From assembly GCA_027491415.1 (NCBI GenBank), contig JAOZFH010000046.1, forward strand, positions 1-14,688: a stretch of DNA of 14,688 bases. Reading direction: 5' to 3'. The position numbers were made by a program, and so were the translations under genes. The notes beneath the pieces are model-generated. The model worked only from the letters and a program-made list of their open reading frames with translations. It searched no databases and had not been told where the DNA came from. Position 1 is the first letter of the stretch, and each line of letters starts with the position of its first letter. The DNA is from Thermoproteota archaeon (GTDB lineage Archaea > Korarchaeota > Korarchaeia > Korarchaeales > Korarchaeaceae). Positions 1 to 7,581 of the stretch are shown one piece after another.

Positions 1-849
1 GAGCTTCCCCCCCCTCTCCACCCTCTCCCCCCCCCCCGGCCCCCCCCCCCCCCCCCCCGCGACTCCCGAGGCGTTGTCGTGGGCCCCCGGCCTGGGGTGG
101 CAGATGTGGGCAATCAGCAGGACGTCCAGGTCCTCCTCTCCGGGAAGCCTGGCCTCGAGGACCCTGAGGACCCTCTCGGAGTACTCGGCCTCGACCCTGA
201 ACCTCAGCCTGACCCTCTCACCCCTGGACAGGTAGGACCTCAGCCTGTCCGCCCAGACCCTGGGGACGGTGAGGGCGACCCCCATCCTCCTAAGCTCATC
301 CGCCGTGGGCCAGATGCTGACGTACGGGAAGCTCTCTGGGTCGGCCTGCGTGGAGTAGGAGAGGGTCCCCCTGGCCCCTCTCTTCATGACGGCCAGCCTG
401 TGGACGAGGCTGGCCCTCCCGCTGGCCAAGACGATCTTCCCGGAGACGGGCACATCGTAGTCCCCCTTGGACACGCCCTCGCCAACGTCCACCAGCTCCG
501 CCTCCTCCCAGCCGTCCGTGGGCGCGCTGTGCGCCGCCACCAAGGTGGGGTGCTGGGAGAACGTGGCGATGAGCTCCCTCTCGGGCTCCTCCATCCAGAG
601 CTCCGCGTCCCTGACTTCCCAGCCTATCGGCGCCACCCACCCCCAGTACTCCGTCCTACCGTCGGCCGGGTAGTCGTACACCTGGACCTCCAGCCCGGCC
701 TCCTCCAGCAGGCCCCTCGCGAACTCCACAGCAGCATCAAATCCGGGGGAGGCCTGTATCCTGTGGTGAAGGGATATCCCCCACGCATCGTCAAGGGCTC
801 GCCGGCCGTCGGCGAGCCTTGCGCACTCCCTCACCGTCTTGGCCAGCAA
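1..849 (-). CDS. DUF4910-domain / M28-like metallopeptidase, 3' truncated at window edge
   Basis: Not in the ORF track. Manual translation from TTG 849 (in-frame TTG 858 also possible) is open to base 1: MLAKTVRECARLADGRRALDDAWGISLHHRIQASPG...YWGWVAPIGWEVRDAEL...LVAAHSAP...GKIVLASG...VLLIAHICHPRPGAHDNASGVA. HRIQxS and AHxCH..PGAxDNASG are typical of archaeal DUF4910/M28 aminopeptidase-like proteins. Last ~19 codons are poly-G noise. Confidence 0.88.
   Translation of the reverse strand, partial: MLAKTVRECARLADGRRALDDAWGISLHHRIQASPGFDAAVEFARGLLEEAGLEVQVYDYPADGRTEYWGWVAPIGWEVRDAELWMEEPERELIATFSQHPTLVAAHSAPTDGWEEAELVDVGEGVSKGDYDVPVSGKIVLASGRASLVHRLAVMKRGARGTLSYSTQADPESFPYVSIWPTADELRRMGVALTVPRVWADRLRSYLSRGERVRLRFRVEAEYSERVLRVLEARLPGEEDLDVLLIAHICHPRPGAHDNASGVAGGGGGGPGGGERVERGGKL
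7..58. other. Low-complexity poly-C tract, probable contig-end sequencing/assembly artefact
   Basis: Long C runs begin abruptly after the conserved DNASGVA motif and read as GGGGGGPGGG, where homologues continue into a hydrophobic helix; located at the sequence end. Confidence 0.7.
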
Positions 850-884
850 GGCGACCAACCCGGCGACCGTGAAGAGGACAGAAA

Positions 885-1895
885 TTAAGCCTGGGCCTCG
901 AGCAGGCCCTCGATCAGGCGCTCCGCCTCAGCCAGGTCCACCCCCTTCACGATCGCCCCGCCGCCCGAGTACGTGACGACGGCCGCCCCGGCGGCGTCGA
1001 ACCTCGCAAACTCCGGCCTGATCTCCAGGGGCCTCCATCCAAGCTCTCTGGCCCTCCTGAGCGCCTCCAGCGGCCTCAGGCTGGGCTCGAAGAAGAAGTG
1101 GGAGTCCTCCCTGCTGAACACCCTCCCTGGGTCCTCGCCTATCGCCCTGTACTCACCCCGCGCGCACACCCTGCACTCCGGATCCCGAGAGACCGTCACG
1201 GATTCAAAACCCATCTCCTTGAGGTCGAATATCAGCATCCTTCCCCTGGTCGGCTCTCCAGCTCCCGAGAGGAACTTGATCGCGTCCGCCGCGGACACCG
1301 CCCCCACGAGGGCCGGGACCGGCCCGATCACGTGAACCGGGTGGTCCCTCAGCCCCTGCGGGAACAGACAGGCCAGGCAGGGATCCTCCCCTGGCCTCGC
1401 GAAGAACGCGTAGGCGCCGAACCACCTGTCCACGGCGGCATAGGTGTGGGGCACGCCCTCCGCCACGCACGCCTCGTTTATCGCCTCCCTCACGGCCGCG
1501 TTGTCGGCGGCGTCCAGCACGAGGTCGACGCCCCTCACAACCTCCAGCGCCAGTCTGCCGACCACCGGCCTGTAGAACGGCTCGATCTCCACGCCCGGGT
1601 TGAGGGCCCTGAGCCTCTCCGCCGCCGCGTAGGCCTTCGGCCTCCCCACGTCGGCCCTCGAGTAGAGGACCTGCCTGTTCAGGTTTGAGAGCTCCACGAG
1701 GTCCCAGTCCACCAGCCTCAGGGACACGCCCGCCGCGGCGAGGTACAGGGAGATGGGGGAGCCCAGCCCCCCCAGCCCCACCACGGCCACCTTCGCGCGC
1801 CGGAGCCTCTCCTGCCCCTCCACACCGAGGAGGGGCATCTGACGCGAGTAGACCTCGGCCTCATCGTCGGTCAACGCCGAAGCTCCGGGACTCAC
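885..1895 (-). CDS. HesA/MoeB/ThiF family E1-like adenylyltransferase with C-terminal extension
   Basis: YSRQ, GLGGLG nucleotide loop, DxVELSNLNRQ, DAADN, two CxxC zinc motifs (CLAC, CRVC); GTG start overlaps cutA stop (GTGA). Confidence 0.93.
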   Translation of the reverse strand: MSPGASALTDDEAEVYSRQMPLLGVEGQERLRRAKVAVVGLGGLGSPISLYLAAAGVSLRLVDWDLVELSNLNRQVLYSRADVGRPKAYAAAERLRALNPGVEIEPFYRPVVGRLALEVVRGVDLVLDAADNAAVREAINEACVAEGVPHTYAAVDRWFGAYAFFARPGEDPCLACLFPQGLRDHPVHVIGPVPALVGAVSAADAIKFLSGAGEPTRGRMLIFDLKEMGFESVTVSRDPECRVCARGEYRAIGEDPGRVFSREDSHFFFEPSLRPLEALRRARELGWRPLEIRPEFARFDAAGAAVVTYSGGGAIVKGVDLAEAERLIEGLLEAQA

Positions 1896-2233
1896 CGCCC
1901 GACCTCCCCCCTCACCCAGTCGAGGTAGGCTTGAGAGACGCTCGTGGCCCTGAGGGCGACTATCTCAGGCACTTGGTATGGGTGAATCTCCCTCAGCCTC
2001 GACTCGAGCCTGTCGTAGACCGACTCAAGTGTCTTGATGATAAGGAGAAGCTCAGAGTCCTCGGTCAGCCTCCCCTCCCACCAGTAGAGGCTCTCCAGTC
2101 CCGGGATGACGCTGACGCAGGCGGCGAGCCTCTCCTCGACCAGCGTCCTGGCCACCCTCTCCGCCGACTCCCGGTCCCCCACGGTCGTCAGCACGATGAG
2201 GACACCCTCCTCCGCAGCGGACTCGCGGCCCAT
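1892..2233 (-). CDS. cutA: Divalent-cation tolerance protein CutA
   Basis: 113 aa; LVEERLAACV, SLYWWEG, HPYQVPEIV motifs. Confidence 0.96.
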   Translation of the reverse strand: MGRESAAEEGVLIVLTTVGDRESAERVARTLVEERLAACVSVIPGLESLYWWEGRLTEDSELLLIIKTLESVYDRLESRLREIHPYQVPEIVALRATSVSQAYLDWVRGEVGR

Positions 2234-2257
2234 CGCTGCTGGTTTTAGGGTGGGACG

Positions 2258-2263
2258 ATTTAA
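2258..2263 (-). promoter_or_regulatory. Putative TATA box for cutA-moeB/thiF operon
   Basis: TTAAAT on minus strand ending 25 nt before ATG 2233 in GC-rich context; spacing fits a leaderless transcript. Confidence 0.55.
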
Positions 2264-2288
2264 CCGATCCTGACCGAGGCCCGGTCGA

Positions 2289-2948
2289 TCACGGAGTGGC
2301 CCCGATCGCCAGCAGGACCGCGACTATCAGCACCCCCACCCCGACCTCCACCAGCCCGTAGAAGAGGACCCTGCCGCCTGACAGCCTGCCGAGGTAGGCG
2401 CCCAGCACGAACAGAGACCCCAAGATGAGTCCCACGGATGACAGGAACGCGAGGTGGACGGTCATGGTTCCCCGCGCGGCCATGAAGAACGGCGAGAGGG
2501 CCAGCGTGGTGAAGGAAGCCGGGACGAGGGAGCTGGCCAGCGATATGACGACCGCCGAGATCCTGTGGGCCTTGGCCACCACGGACTTCCTGAGGCTGGT
2601 GAACACGGCCGCCTCCATCTCCCTGATCTCCTGGGACCTCTCGGCGATCTCCGTGATGTAGGTCCCCACGGCGGCCGAGAGGGCTATGCCGACGACTGCG
2701 CCGACCCCCGCGCTGATCACGGTCTTGGGGTCCGCCACCCCGTAGACATAGGAGCCCACCACGACGCCCAAGACCGTGAGCAGCCCGTCGAAGGAGTTGG
2801 TCACCGCGTACCTCCTGGCCACCTCTCCGAGGTCGGTCATCTCCGCGTAGGACTTGAAGGCGTACCAGGCATCCTCCAGGGACTCTTCAACGTCCTCGAT
2901 GAACTCCTCAACCCTGTCTCGGAGGTTCCACGAGTCAGGTTTGCTCAA
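2289..2948 (-). CDS. VIT1/CCC1 family (TIGR00267-like) membrane protein
   Basis: ARRYAVTNSFDGLLTVLGVVVG, GTYITEIAE metal-site-like motif, about five hydrophobic segments; TTG start, exact start uncertain. Confidence 0.85.
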   Translation of the reverse strand: MSKPDSWNLRDRVEEFIEDVEESLEDAWYAFKSYAEMTDLGEVARRYAVTNSFDGLLTVLGVVVGSYVYGVADPKTVISAGVGAVVGIALSAAVGTYITEIAERSQEIREMEAAVFTSLRKSVVAKAHRISAVVISLASSLVPASFTTLALSPFFMAARGTMTVHLAFLSSVGLILGSLFVLGAYLGRLSGGRVLFYGLVEVGVGVLIVAVLLAIGATP

Positions 2949-2990
2949 GGCGGACAGCCCCCTGCCCCGACGTCTCCAACTCCGCGCCCC

Positions 2991-3452
2991 TCACCCCCTG
3001 AGCTTCACGAGCAGGACGGGCCTGGTGGTCAGCTCGAGGACGCCCAGGGCCACGCTGCCGAAGACGAGGGACTTTATTCCTACCGTGCTCCTCGAAGGGA
3101 TCAGGATCAGGTTGACGTCGTGCTCCTCGGCCGACTCGACGATCTCCTCGGCAGGCTTTCCTACCTTGACCTCCGTCAGGACGGTCTGGGCGTACCTGAC
3201 CATCCTCTCGTAGACCCTCCTCATCTTCTTCTCAGCGTCCGCCTTGAGGGTCGCGAAGGCCGCGTCCCTGGCCCTGGCCTCGCTCCCGTAGGCCTCTCTG
3301 GTGGCCTCGACCACGGCCTCCAAGAGCTTCGAGTCGATGACGTGGAGGAGGATGAGCTCTCCGGGCCTGCTGGGGCTGGAGGCGAGTATGTCCTCGACCG
3401 CCGACACCGCCTCCTCAGAGAAGTCTGTGGGAAACAGGACCCTCGGGAACAT
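2991..3452 (-). CDS. Universal stress protein (UspA family)
   Basis: MFPRVLFPTDFS, LILLHVID, GKPAEEIV, LVFGSVA..VL.....PVLLV. Start moved from 3479 to ATG 3452 because the family begins there and 3479 lies in the TATA-like tract. Confidence 0.93.
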   Translation of the reverse strand: MFPRVLFPTDFSEEAVSAVEDILASSPSRPGELILLHVIDSKLLEAVVEATREAYGSEARARDAAFATLKADAEKKMRRVYERMVRYAQTVLTEVKVGKPAEEIVESAEEHDVNLILIPSRSTVGIKSLVFGSVALGVLELTTRPVLLVKLRG

Positions 3453-3476
3453 TCCGCGCGCCCCCCTCCCTGGCAT

Positions 3477-3484
3477 CATAAAAA
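3477..3484. promoter_or_regulatory. Putative shared TATA element for divergent genes
   Basis: CATAAAAA / TTTTTATG, the only AT tract in the gap, exactly 24 nt from each divergent ATG (3452 minus, 3509 plus). Confidence 0.55.
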
Positions 3485-3508
3485 GGCAAGCCGGCGGCTC
3501 CAGCCGAG

Positions 3509-4027
3509 ATGGAAATAGCTTTGGACGCGGGGTTGCTGGGACCGACGCTGGCGGCCGTGGGGCTGGCCCTGGTCCTCTGCTCAGCCGCGCTGGCCCTCCA
3601 GACCCACAGGGTCAGGTCAGACCTCCACAGGACCATTGACGACCTGATTCAGGCCGTGGACGAGGTGGACGGGTCTCTCAGGTCCTTCGACCGGGCCAGG
3701 GCTCGGGCCGCGGGGGACCTCGGCAGGCTCGCGGATTCCCTCGACGAGGTGGCCCAGAGGGCGGGGAACGTGAGCATCCTCGGGATGAGGCCGTTCGAGG
3801 GCTACGCAGAGAGCCTGAGCGAGGCGGGCGAGAGCCTCAGGGGCCTCGCCAGCGACCTGGGTTCGCTCGCGGTTCCGGACCTCGAGGACGCACGCTCGGC
3901 CGCCCTGAGCGCCAGGTCGGCCGTGAACTCCCTGAGCACCCTCCTGTACATCCTCTCAGCCGTCTTCGCCCTGGCGGGAGCCGGCATGGTCGTGGCCGGG
4001 CTCGCCCTGAGGTCCGCCATCCCGTAG
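3509..4027 (+). CDS. Hypothetical membrane protein (two terminal TM helices, helical middle)
   Basis: 172 aa with host-like GC3; hydrophobic helices at both ends and an amphipathic/coiled-coil-like centre; fills the gap between usp and rnhB. Confidence 0.78.
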   Translation: MEIALDAGLLGPTLAAVGLALVLCSAALALQTHRVRSDLHRTIDDLIQAVDEVDGSLRSFDRARARAAGDLGRLADSLDEVAQRAGNVSILGMRPFEGYAESLSEAGESLRGLASDLGSLAVPDLEDARSAALSARSAVNSLSTLLYILSAVFALAGAGMVVAGLALRSAIP

Positions 4028-4046
4028 GCGGGGCGGTGTGCTGGGG

Positions 4047-4706
4047 ATGCCGAGGAGGATCCTGGGGGTGGACGAGGCCGGTCGGGGCCCCGTCCTCGGG
4101 CCCATGGTGATCTGCGGGGCGCTGATCCACGAGGGAGACGAGGGAGTCCTCGCGGAGCTTGGGGTGAGGGACTCGAAGCTCCTGACGCCCAGCAGGAGGG
4201 AGGAGCTTTACGACGAACTGGTGAGGGCCCTGAGGGCCTATCGCCTCGTGGAGGTCTGGCCCAGGGAGATAGACGAGGCCGTGGGCTCGGGAGGCCTGAA
4301 CAGGCTGGAGGCCAAGATAGCCGCTGACCTGATACGCGAGCTGAGGCCCGACGTGGCGATCCTGGACGCCCCAGGCAGGTACCCGGAGTCCTACGCCTTC
4401 GAGGTCGGGAGGAGGCTGGGAGACGTCAATGCTGAGATCGTGGCGGAGAACAGGGCGGACGTGAATTACCCAGTCGTCTCGGCGGCCTCGATACTGGCGA
4501 AGGTCCACAGGGACAGGATCATAGAGCGCCTGAGGGATGAGTACGGCGACTTCGGATCCGGCTACGCCGGGGACGAGAGGACCATCCGCTTCCTCCGCGA
4601 GTGGGTGAGGGAGAGGGGCTCGCTCCCGCCGATAGCCAGGAGGAGCTGGCTGACGGCCTCTCGAATTCTGACTGAGGAGCGGGCTGGCCTGAAGAGGTAC
4701 TTCTAG
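4047..4706 (+). CDS. rnhB: Ribonuclease HII
   Basis: GVDEAGRGPVLGPMV, GVRDSK, VSAASILAKVxRD, archaeal-type DFGSGY and RRSW, C-terminal PIP-box-like LKRYF. ATG 4047 preferred; GTG 4038 possible. Confidence 0.97.
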   Translation: MPRRILGVDEAGRGPVLGPMVICGALIHEGDEGVLAELGVRDSKLLTPSRREELYDELVRALRAYRLVEVWPREIDEAVGSGGLNRLEAKIAADLIRELRPDVAILDAPGRYPESYAFEVGRRLGDVNAEIVAENRADVNYPVVSAASILAKVHRDRIIERLRDEYGDFGSGYAGDERTIRFLREWVRERGSLPPIARRSWLTASRILTEERAGLKRYF

Positions 4707-4736
4707 AGGGGCCGCGCGAGGGTTAACGGGACGCCG

Positions 4737-4758
4737 CGACCCTTGGAGGAACGTTGGA
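4737..4758 (+). repeat. Imperfect direct repeat, left copy
   Basis: CGACCCTTGGAGGAACGTTGGA; matches 5594-5613 with two single-base indels; perfect core CCTTGGAGGAAC at 4741-4752. Confidence 0.65.
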
Positions 4759-4814
4759 CGTCTCTCACTTTCAACGGGGTAAGGATAAATTCATTAGAAC
4801 CCGATAATGGTCAC

Positions 4815-5232
4815 GTGGCTTCCCGAAAGGCCCGTCTGCTCAACGTCCTAAGGGATCTGGAGTCGTCTCTGGAGAGGATGAGAAAAATAACGTCTCTGAG
4901 TGAGGAAGACTTCCTGAGGGATTATCGCAACCTCTACACGCTGAGGATGCTGATCGTGGAGGTCGTGGAGGCCATAGTTGACGTCAGTCTCCTCCTCGTG
5001 AGGGTGTGAGGTGGAGACCTACGCTCAGGTGGTAGATCGCCTGTTGGAGATGGGGGTCATAAGCGTGGGCACTGCAGACTCTCTGAAATCCCTAATTAGG
5101 CTCAGAAACCTGATAATGCACCGCTACTGGGAGGTCGACGACCTCGCGCGCGATAGGGAGGCGAAGGCCGGCGGCCTGGACAGCATAGAGGGGTTCATCC
5201 GTGAAATCAGAGAGGCCGCTGAGGACCATTAG
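4815..5232 (+). pseudogene. HepT-like (DUF86) ribonuclease toxin, frameshifted
   Basis: N half from GTG 4815 (GATAAATT at 4784-4791 upstream) stops at TGA 5007-5009; C half continues in another frame from ~5002 (GCEVETY...RLRNLIMHRYWEVDD). Both halves align by eye with the intact DUF86 at 8902-9336. Confidence 0.85.
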
Positions 5233-5620
5233 GCTCAGCAGGGGAGAGAGCTGAGTAATGCGGGAGGTCCGCAGGCTGGTGGACAGGAAGGAGATACTGA
5301 TTGCCCCGCTCTATGGGTCCTTTGTCGAGAGGGATGCCTTCAGAGACTTGGATGTGGGCGTCTACCTGGCGCCATCGGCGGACGATCTCCTGATCCCCCC
5401 GATGGTGGAGGAGGAGATAAGGGCTGGAACGGGTCTCCCAGCCGACGTTAGGATGTTGAACAACGCTCCCCCAGGAGTCCTGAGGCACGTGCTGTCGCGG
5501 TCGATGCCTCTCTTGGAGCGCGTCCCGCTGCTCAGAGAGAGGCTGCTCGCAAGGGCCCTTGACGAGGAGCAGGGGCTCAGCCTGAAGGCGGCCCGACCTT
5601 GGAGGAACTTGGATACCTAG
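5201..5620 (+). pseudogene. Minimal nucleotidyltransferase (MntA-like) with in-frame stop near N-terminus; 5258-5620 may still be translated
   Basis: YGSFVERDAFRDLDVGVY, DVRMLNNAP. Same frame extends upstream to GTG 5201 (GAGGGG site 7 nt before) as ..PLRTIRLSRGES*VMREVRR, resembling PRYRRLPEEERRGILRRLRR of the paralogue, with TGA at 5252-5254. Confidence 0.75.
5594..5613 (+). repeat. Imperfect direct repeat, right copy
   Basis: CGACCTTGGAGGAACTTGGA; core CCTTGGAGGAAC at 5597-5608. Confidence 0.65.
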
Positions 5621-5732
5621 GAGGGAGCGGTCCTCAACACAGCTTAACTACCGTCCCAGGCGAACCCCCAGCCGAGAGGCCTCACGACGCGTATTGAAAA
5701 ATTGCCCGGGATCGAGTCAAGGGGGTGCTGCC

Positions 5733-6509
5733 ATGGGCCTGCTCGAAGGGAGGGTCGCCGTGATCACGGGCGGGACGTCCGGGATAGGGCTCGCGACGGC
5801 CAGACTCTTCGCCTCAGAGGGAGCGGTAGTGGCCCTGGTGGGCCGATCGGAGGAGAGGGGGGTTGAGGCCGTCAGGGCCCTGGTAGACTCCGGGTTCGAG
5901 GCGACGTTCCACCGCGGCGACGTGTCGAGGGAGGAGGACGTGGACAGGGTGGTAGACGAGGTCTTGGAGGCCCACGGGAGGGTCGACGTGCTGGTCAACA
6001 ACGCTGGCATCTACCGCGCGGCCCCGCTGACCGAGCTGAGCGTCGAGGACTGGGACTCGGTGATCGCGGTCAACCTCAGGGGGACGTTCCTCATGACGAG
6101 GGCGGTGCTCCCGCACATGATCGAGCGGGGGGGCGGGAGCATCGTCAACGTCAGCTCAACGGCGGGCATCAGCCCATACGCGAAGGGAGCCGCGTACTGC
6201 GCATCCAAGGCCGCCGTGATAGCGTTCAGCAGGGCCCTGGCCCTCGAGGTGGCCGAGGCGGGCGTCAGGGTGAACGTGGTCTGCCCCGGCCTGACGGACA
6301 CGCCCATGCTCAGGGGCATAGCGAGGGACGAGGAGGCTTACAGGAAGTTCGCTGACCTTGTGCCGGTCCGCAGGATCGGGTCTCCCGATGAGGTCGCCAG
6401 GGTGATACTGTTCCTGGCCTCCGACTTGGCCTCCTACGTGACCGGGGCCGTCTACGTGGTGGACGGCGGGATGACAGCTGGCAGGACCACGACGGTCGTG
6501 AGTCGGTGA
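5733..6509 (+). CDS. Classical SDR family NAD(P)-dependent oxidoreductase (FabG-like)
   Basis: TGGTSGIG, LVNNAG, NVSS, YCASK, VRVNVVCPG, VDGG; GGGGGTG ribosome site before ATG 5733. Confidence 0.96.
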   Translation: MGLLEGRVAVITGGTSGIGLATARLFASEGAVVALVGRSEERGVEAVRALVDSGFEATFHRGDVSREEDVDRVVDEVLEAHGRVDVLVNNAGIYRAAPLTELSVEDWDSVIAVNLRGTFLMTRAVLPHMIERGGGSIVNVSSTAGISPYAKGAAYCASKAAVIAFSRALALEVAEAGVRVNVVCPGLTDTPMLRGIARDEEAYRKFADLVPVRRIGSPDEVARVILFLASDLASYVTGAVYVVDGGMTAGRTTTVVSR

Positions 6510-6599
6510 CGGCGGCCGAACCTCACGCGGAGCCTACGAGACCCCCGGGTTGTCACCGGGCTAGTGTGGCAGTCGGAAATCCGAATGGACGGGCGCAGC

Positions 6600-6629
6600 T
6601 ATTAAGGACGCAGCGGCTATCTCGGAGGT
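6600..6629 (+). promoter_or_regulatory. Putative TATA box and Shine-Dalgarno for HEPN-MNT pair
   Basis: TATTAA 6600-6605; GGAGGT 6624-6629, 7 nt before TTG 6637. Confidence 0.55.
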
Positions 6630-6636
6630 AGTCACA

Positions 6637-7065
6637 TTGTCCTCCATGAGGGACGTCGAGCTGCTCCGCAGGAGGTCTGCTGGCTTCTTGAGCCACGCTA
6701 GGGAGGCCCTCCAGAGGGGCGAGTACGATCTCGCATGCTTCTTCGCCGAACAGGCCCTTCAGCTGCGCCTCAAGGCGCTACTACTTAGAATGCTGGGGGT
6801 TCTACCCAGGACTCACGGCCTTAGGGAACTCTTGGGCATCCTGTCGGGAGCCCTAGGGGAGCACGGGAGGAGGGATCTCGCAAGAGAAGTTTCCGGCCTC
6901 GCTAGAGATTTCAGGAGCCAGCTGAGGATCCTAGAGGAGGCCTATGTTGGGTCGAGATACCTGGCCAGGGAGTATGCCCCTGAAGACGCGTCAGAGAGCG
7001 TCGACCTCGTAGGTAGGGTGTGCAGGCTCATAGATAGGGTCGAGGAGGAGGTGTTCCGTGATTAG
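6637..7065 (+). CDS. HEPN domain protein (PF05168/COG2250 type)
   Basis: GEYDLACFFAEQALQLRLKA, PRTHGLRELL, LEEAYVGSRY; overlaps downstream MNT. Confidence 0.92.
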   Translation: MSSMRDVELLRRRSAGFLSHAREALQRGEYDLACFFAEQALQLRLKALLLRMLGVLPRTHGLRELLGILSGALGEHGRRDLAREVSGLARDFRSQLRILEEAYVGSRYLAREYAPEDASESVDLVGRVCRLIDRVEEEVFRD

Positions 7066-7438
7066 CGACGCGGCAATCAGGTTGCTGAGCGGAAGGCTCA
7101 GGAGTCTGCTGGAGTGGAAGAATTACCTGCCAGCCTTGCTCAGAGCCGTCGAGGATTTGCTGGGAGAGGCCGAGGTGTACGTGTTCGGCTCGGTGGTCGA
7201 GGGCGGCCTCACGGCCGCCAGCGATGTGGACGTGGCCATCGTGGTCGAAAGGGTTCCCGAGAGAGCGCTGGAGAGGGCCAAGATCGTGAGCAGGATCCTC
7301 GAGGCCCTAGAGGGAGAGGGCATGCCGTGGTGGTACCCGCTAGAGATACACCTCATGACCGAAGAGGAGCTTGAGATGCTGAGGAGAGGGGGGGCCAAGT
7401 TCGTGAGGGCCAGGGACCTGCTGAGCGCCTCCCCCTAG
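7058..7438 (+). CDS. Minimal nucleotidyltransferase (MNT)
   Basis: VYVFGSVVEG....ASDVDVAIV (GS...DxD), PLEIHL; GGAGGTG site upstream of GTG; 8-nt overlap with HEPN gene. Confidence 0.93.
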   Translation: MISDAAIRLLSGRLRSLLEWKNYLPALLRAVEDLLGEAEVYVFGSVVEGGLTAASDVDVAIVVERVPERALERAKIVSRILEALEGEGMPWWYPLEIHLMTEEELEMLRRGGAKFVRARDLLSASP

Positions 7439-7471
7439 CGGCGCACGCCTACGCGCCTCGGCGTTTGAGGT

Positions 7472-7492
7472 TTGGGGGCGAGCGGCCCCCAA
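7472..7492. repeat. Perfect 8-bp hairpin downstream of HEPN-MNT (possible terminator)
   Basis: TTGGGGGC-GAGCG-GCCCCCAA. Confidence 0.4.
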
Positions 7493-7538
7493 TGGATCGG
7501 GGCGGAGGTGCGGCTCCCGGGCCCCCGCGGTCGCTATC

Positions 7539-7570
7539 TTATTATTCAGTTAATTCATGACGTAATGAAT
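7539..7570 (+). promoter_or_regulatory. vapBC promoter with palindromic operator
   Basis: TTATTA 7539-7544 followed by ATTCATGACGTAATGAAT (7553-7570; 16/18 palindromic) and a further ATTCA half-site at 7544-7548. Confidence 0.65.
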
Positions 7571-7581
7571 GGTGAGCGGCT

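Noticed and set aside
7-58. Poly-C/poly-G tract as G-quadruplex, phase-variation tract or poly-Gly linker
   Set aside because: At the sequence end and interrupts a conserved catalytic domain; best explained as low-quality terminal sequence.
79-888. 269 aa plus-strand ORF and nested 296-640, 467-673 ORFs
   Set aside because: Shadows of the minus-strand DUF4910 gene; no family motifs.
2454-3518. 354 aa plus-strand ORF
   Set aside because: Antisense to the VIT1-like and usp genes; long shadow ORFs are expected at this GC.
5007-5254. In-frame TGA codons as selenocysteine or recoding
   Set aside because: The toxin break also needs a frameshift, the positions are not catalytic Cys sites, and TGA is a normal stop elsewhere in the window.
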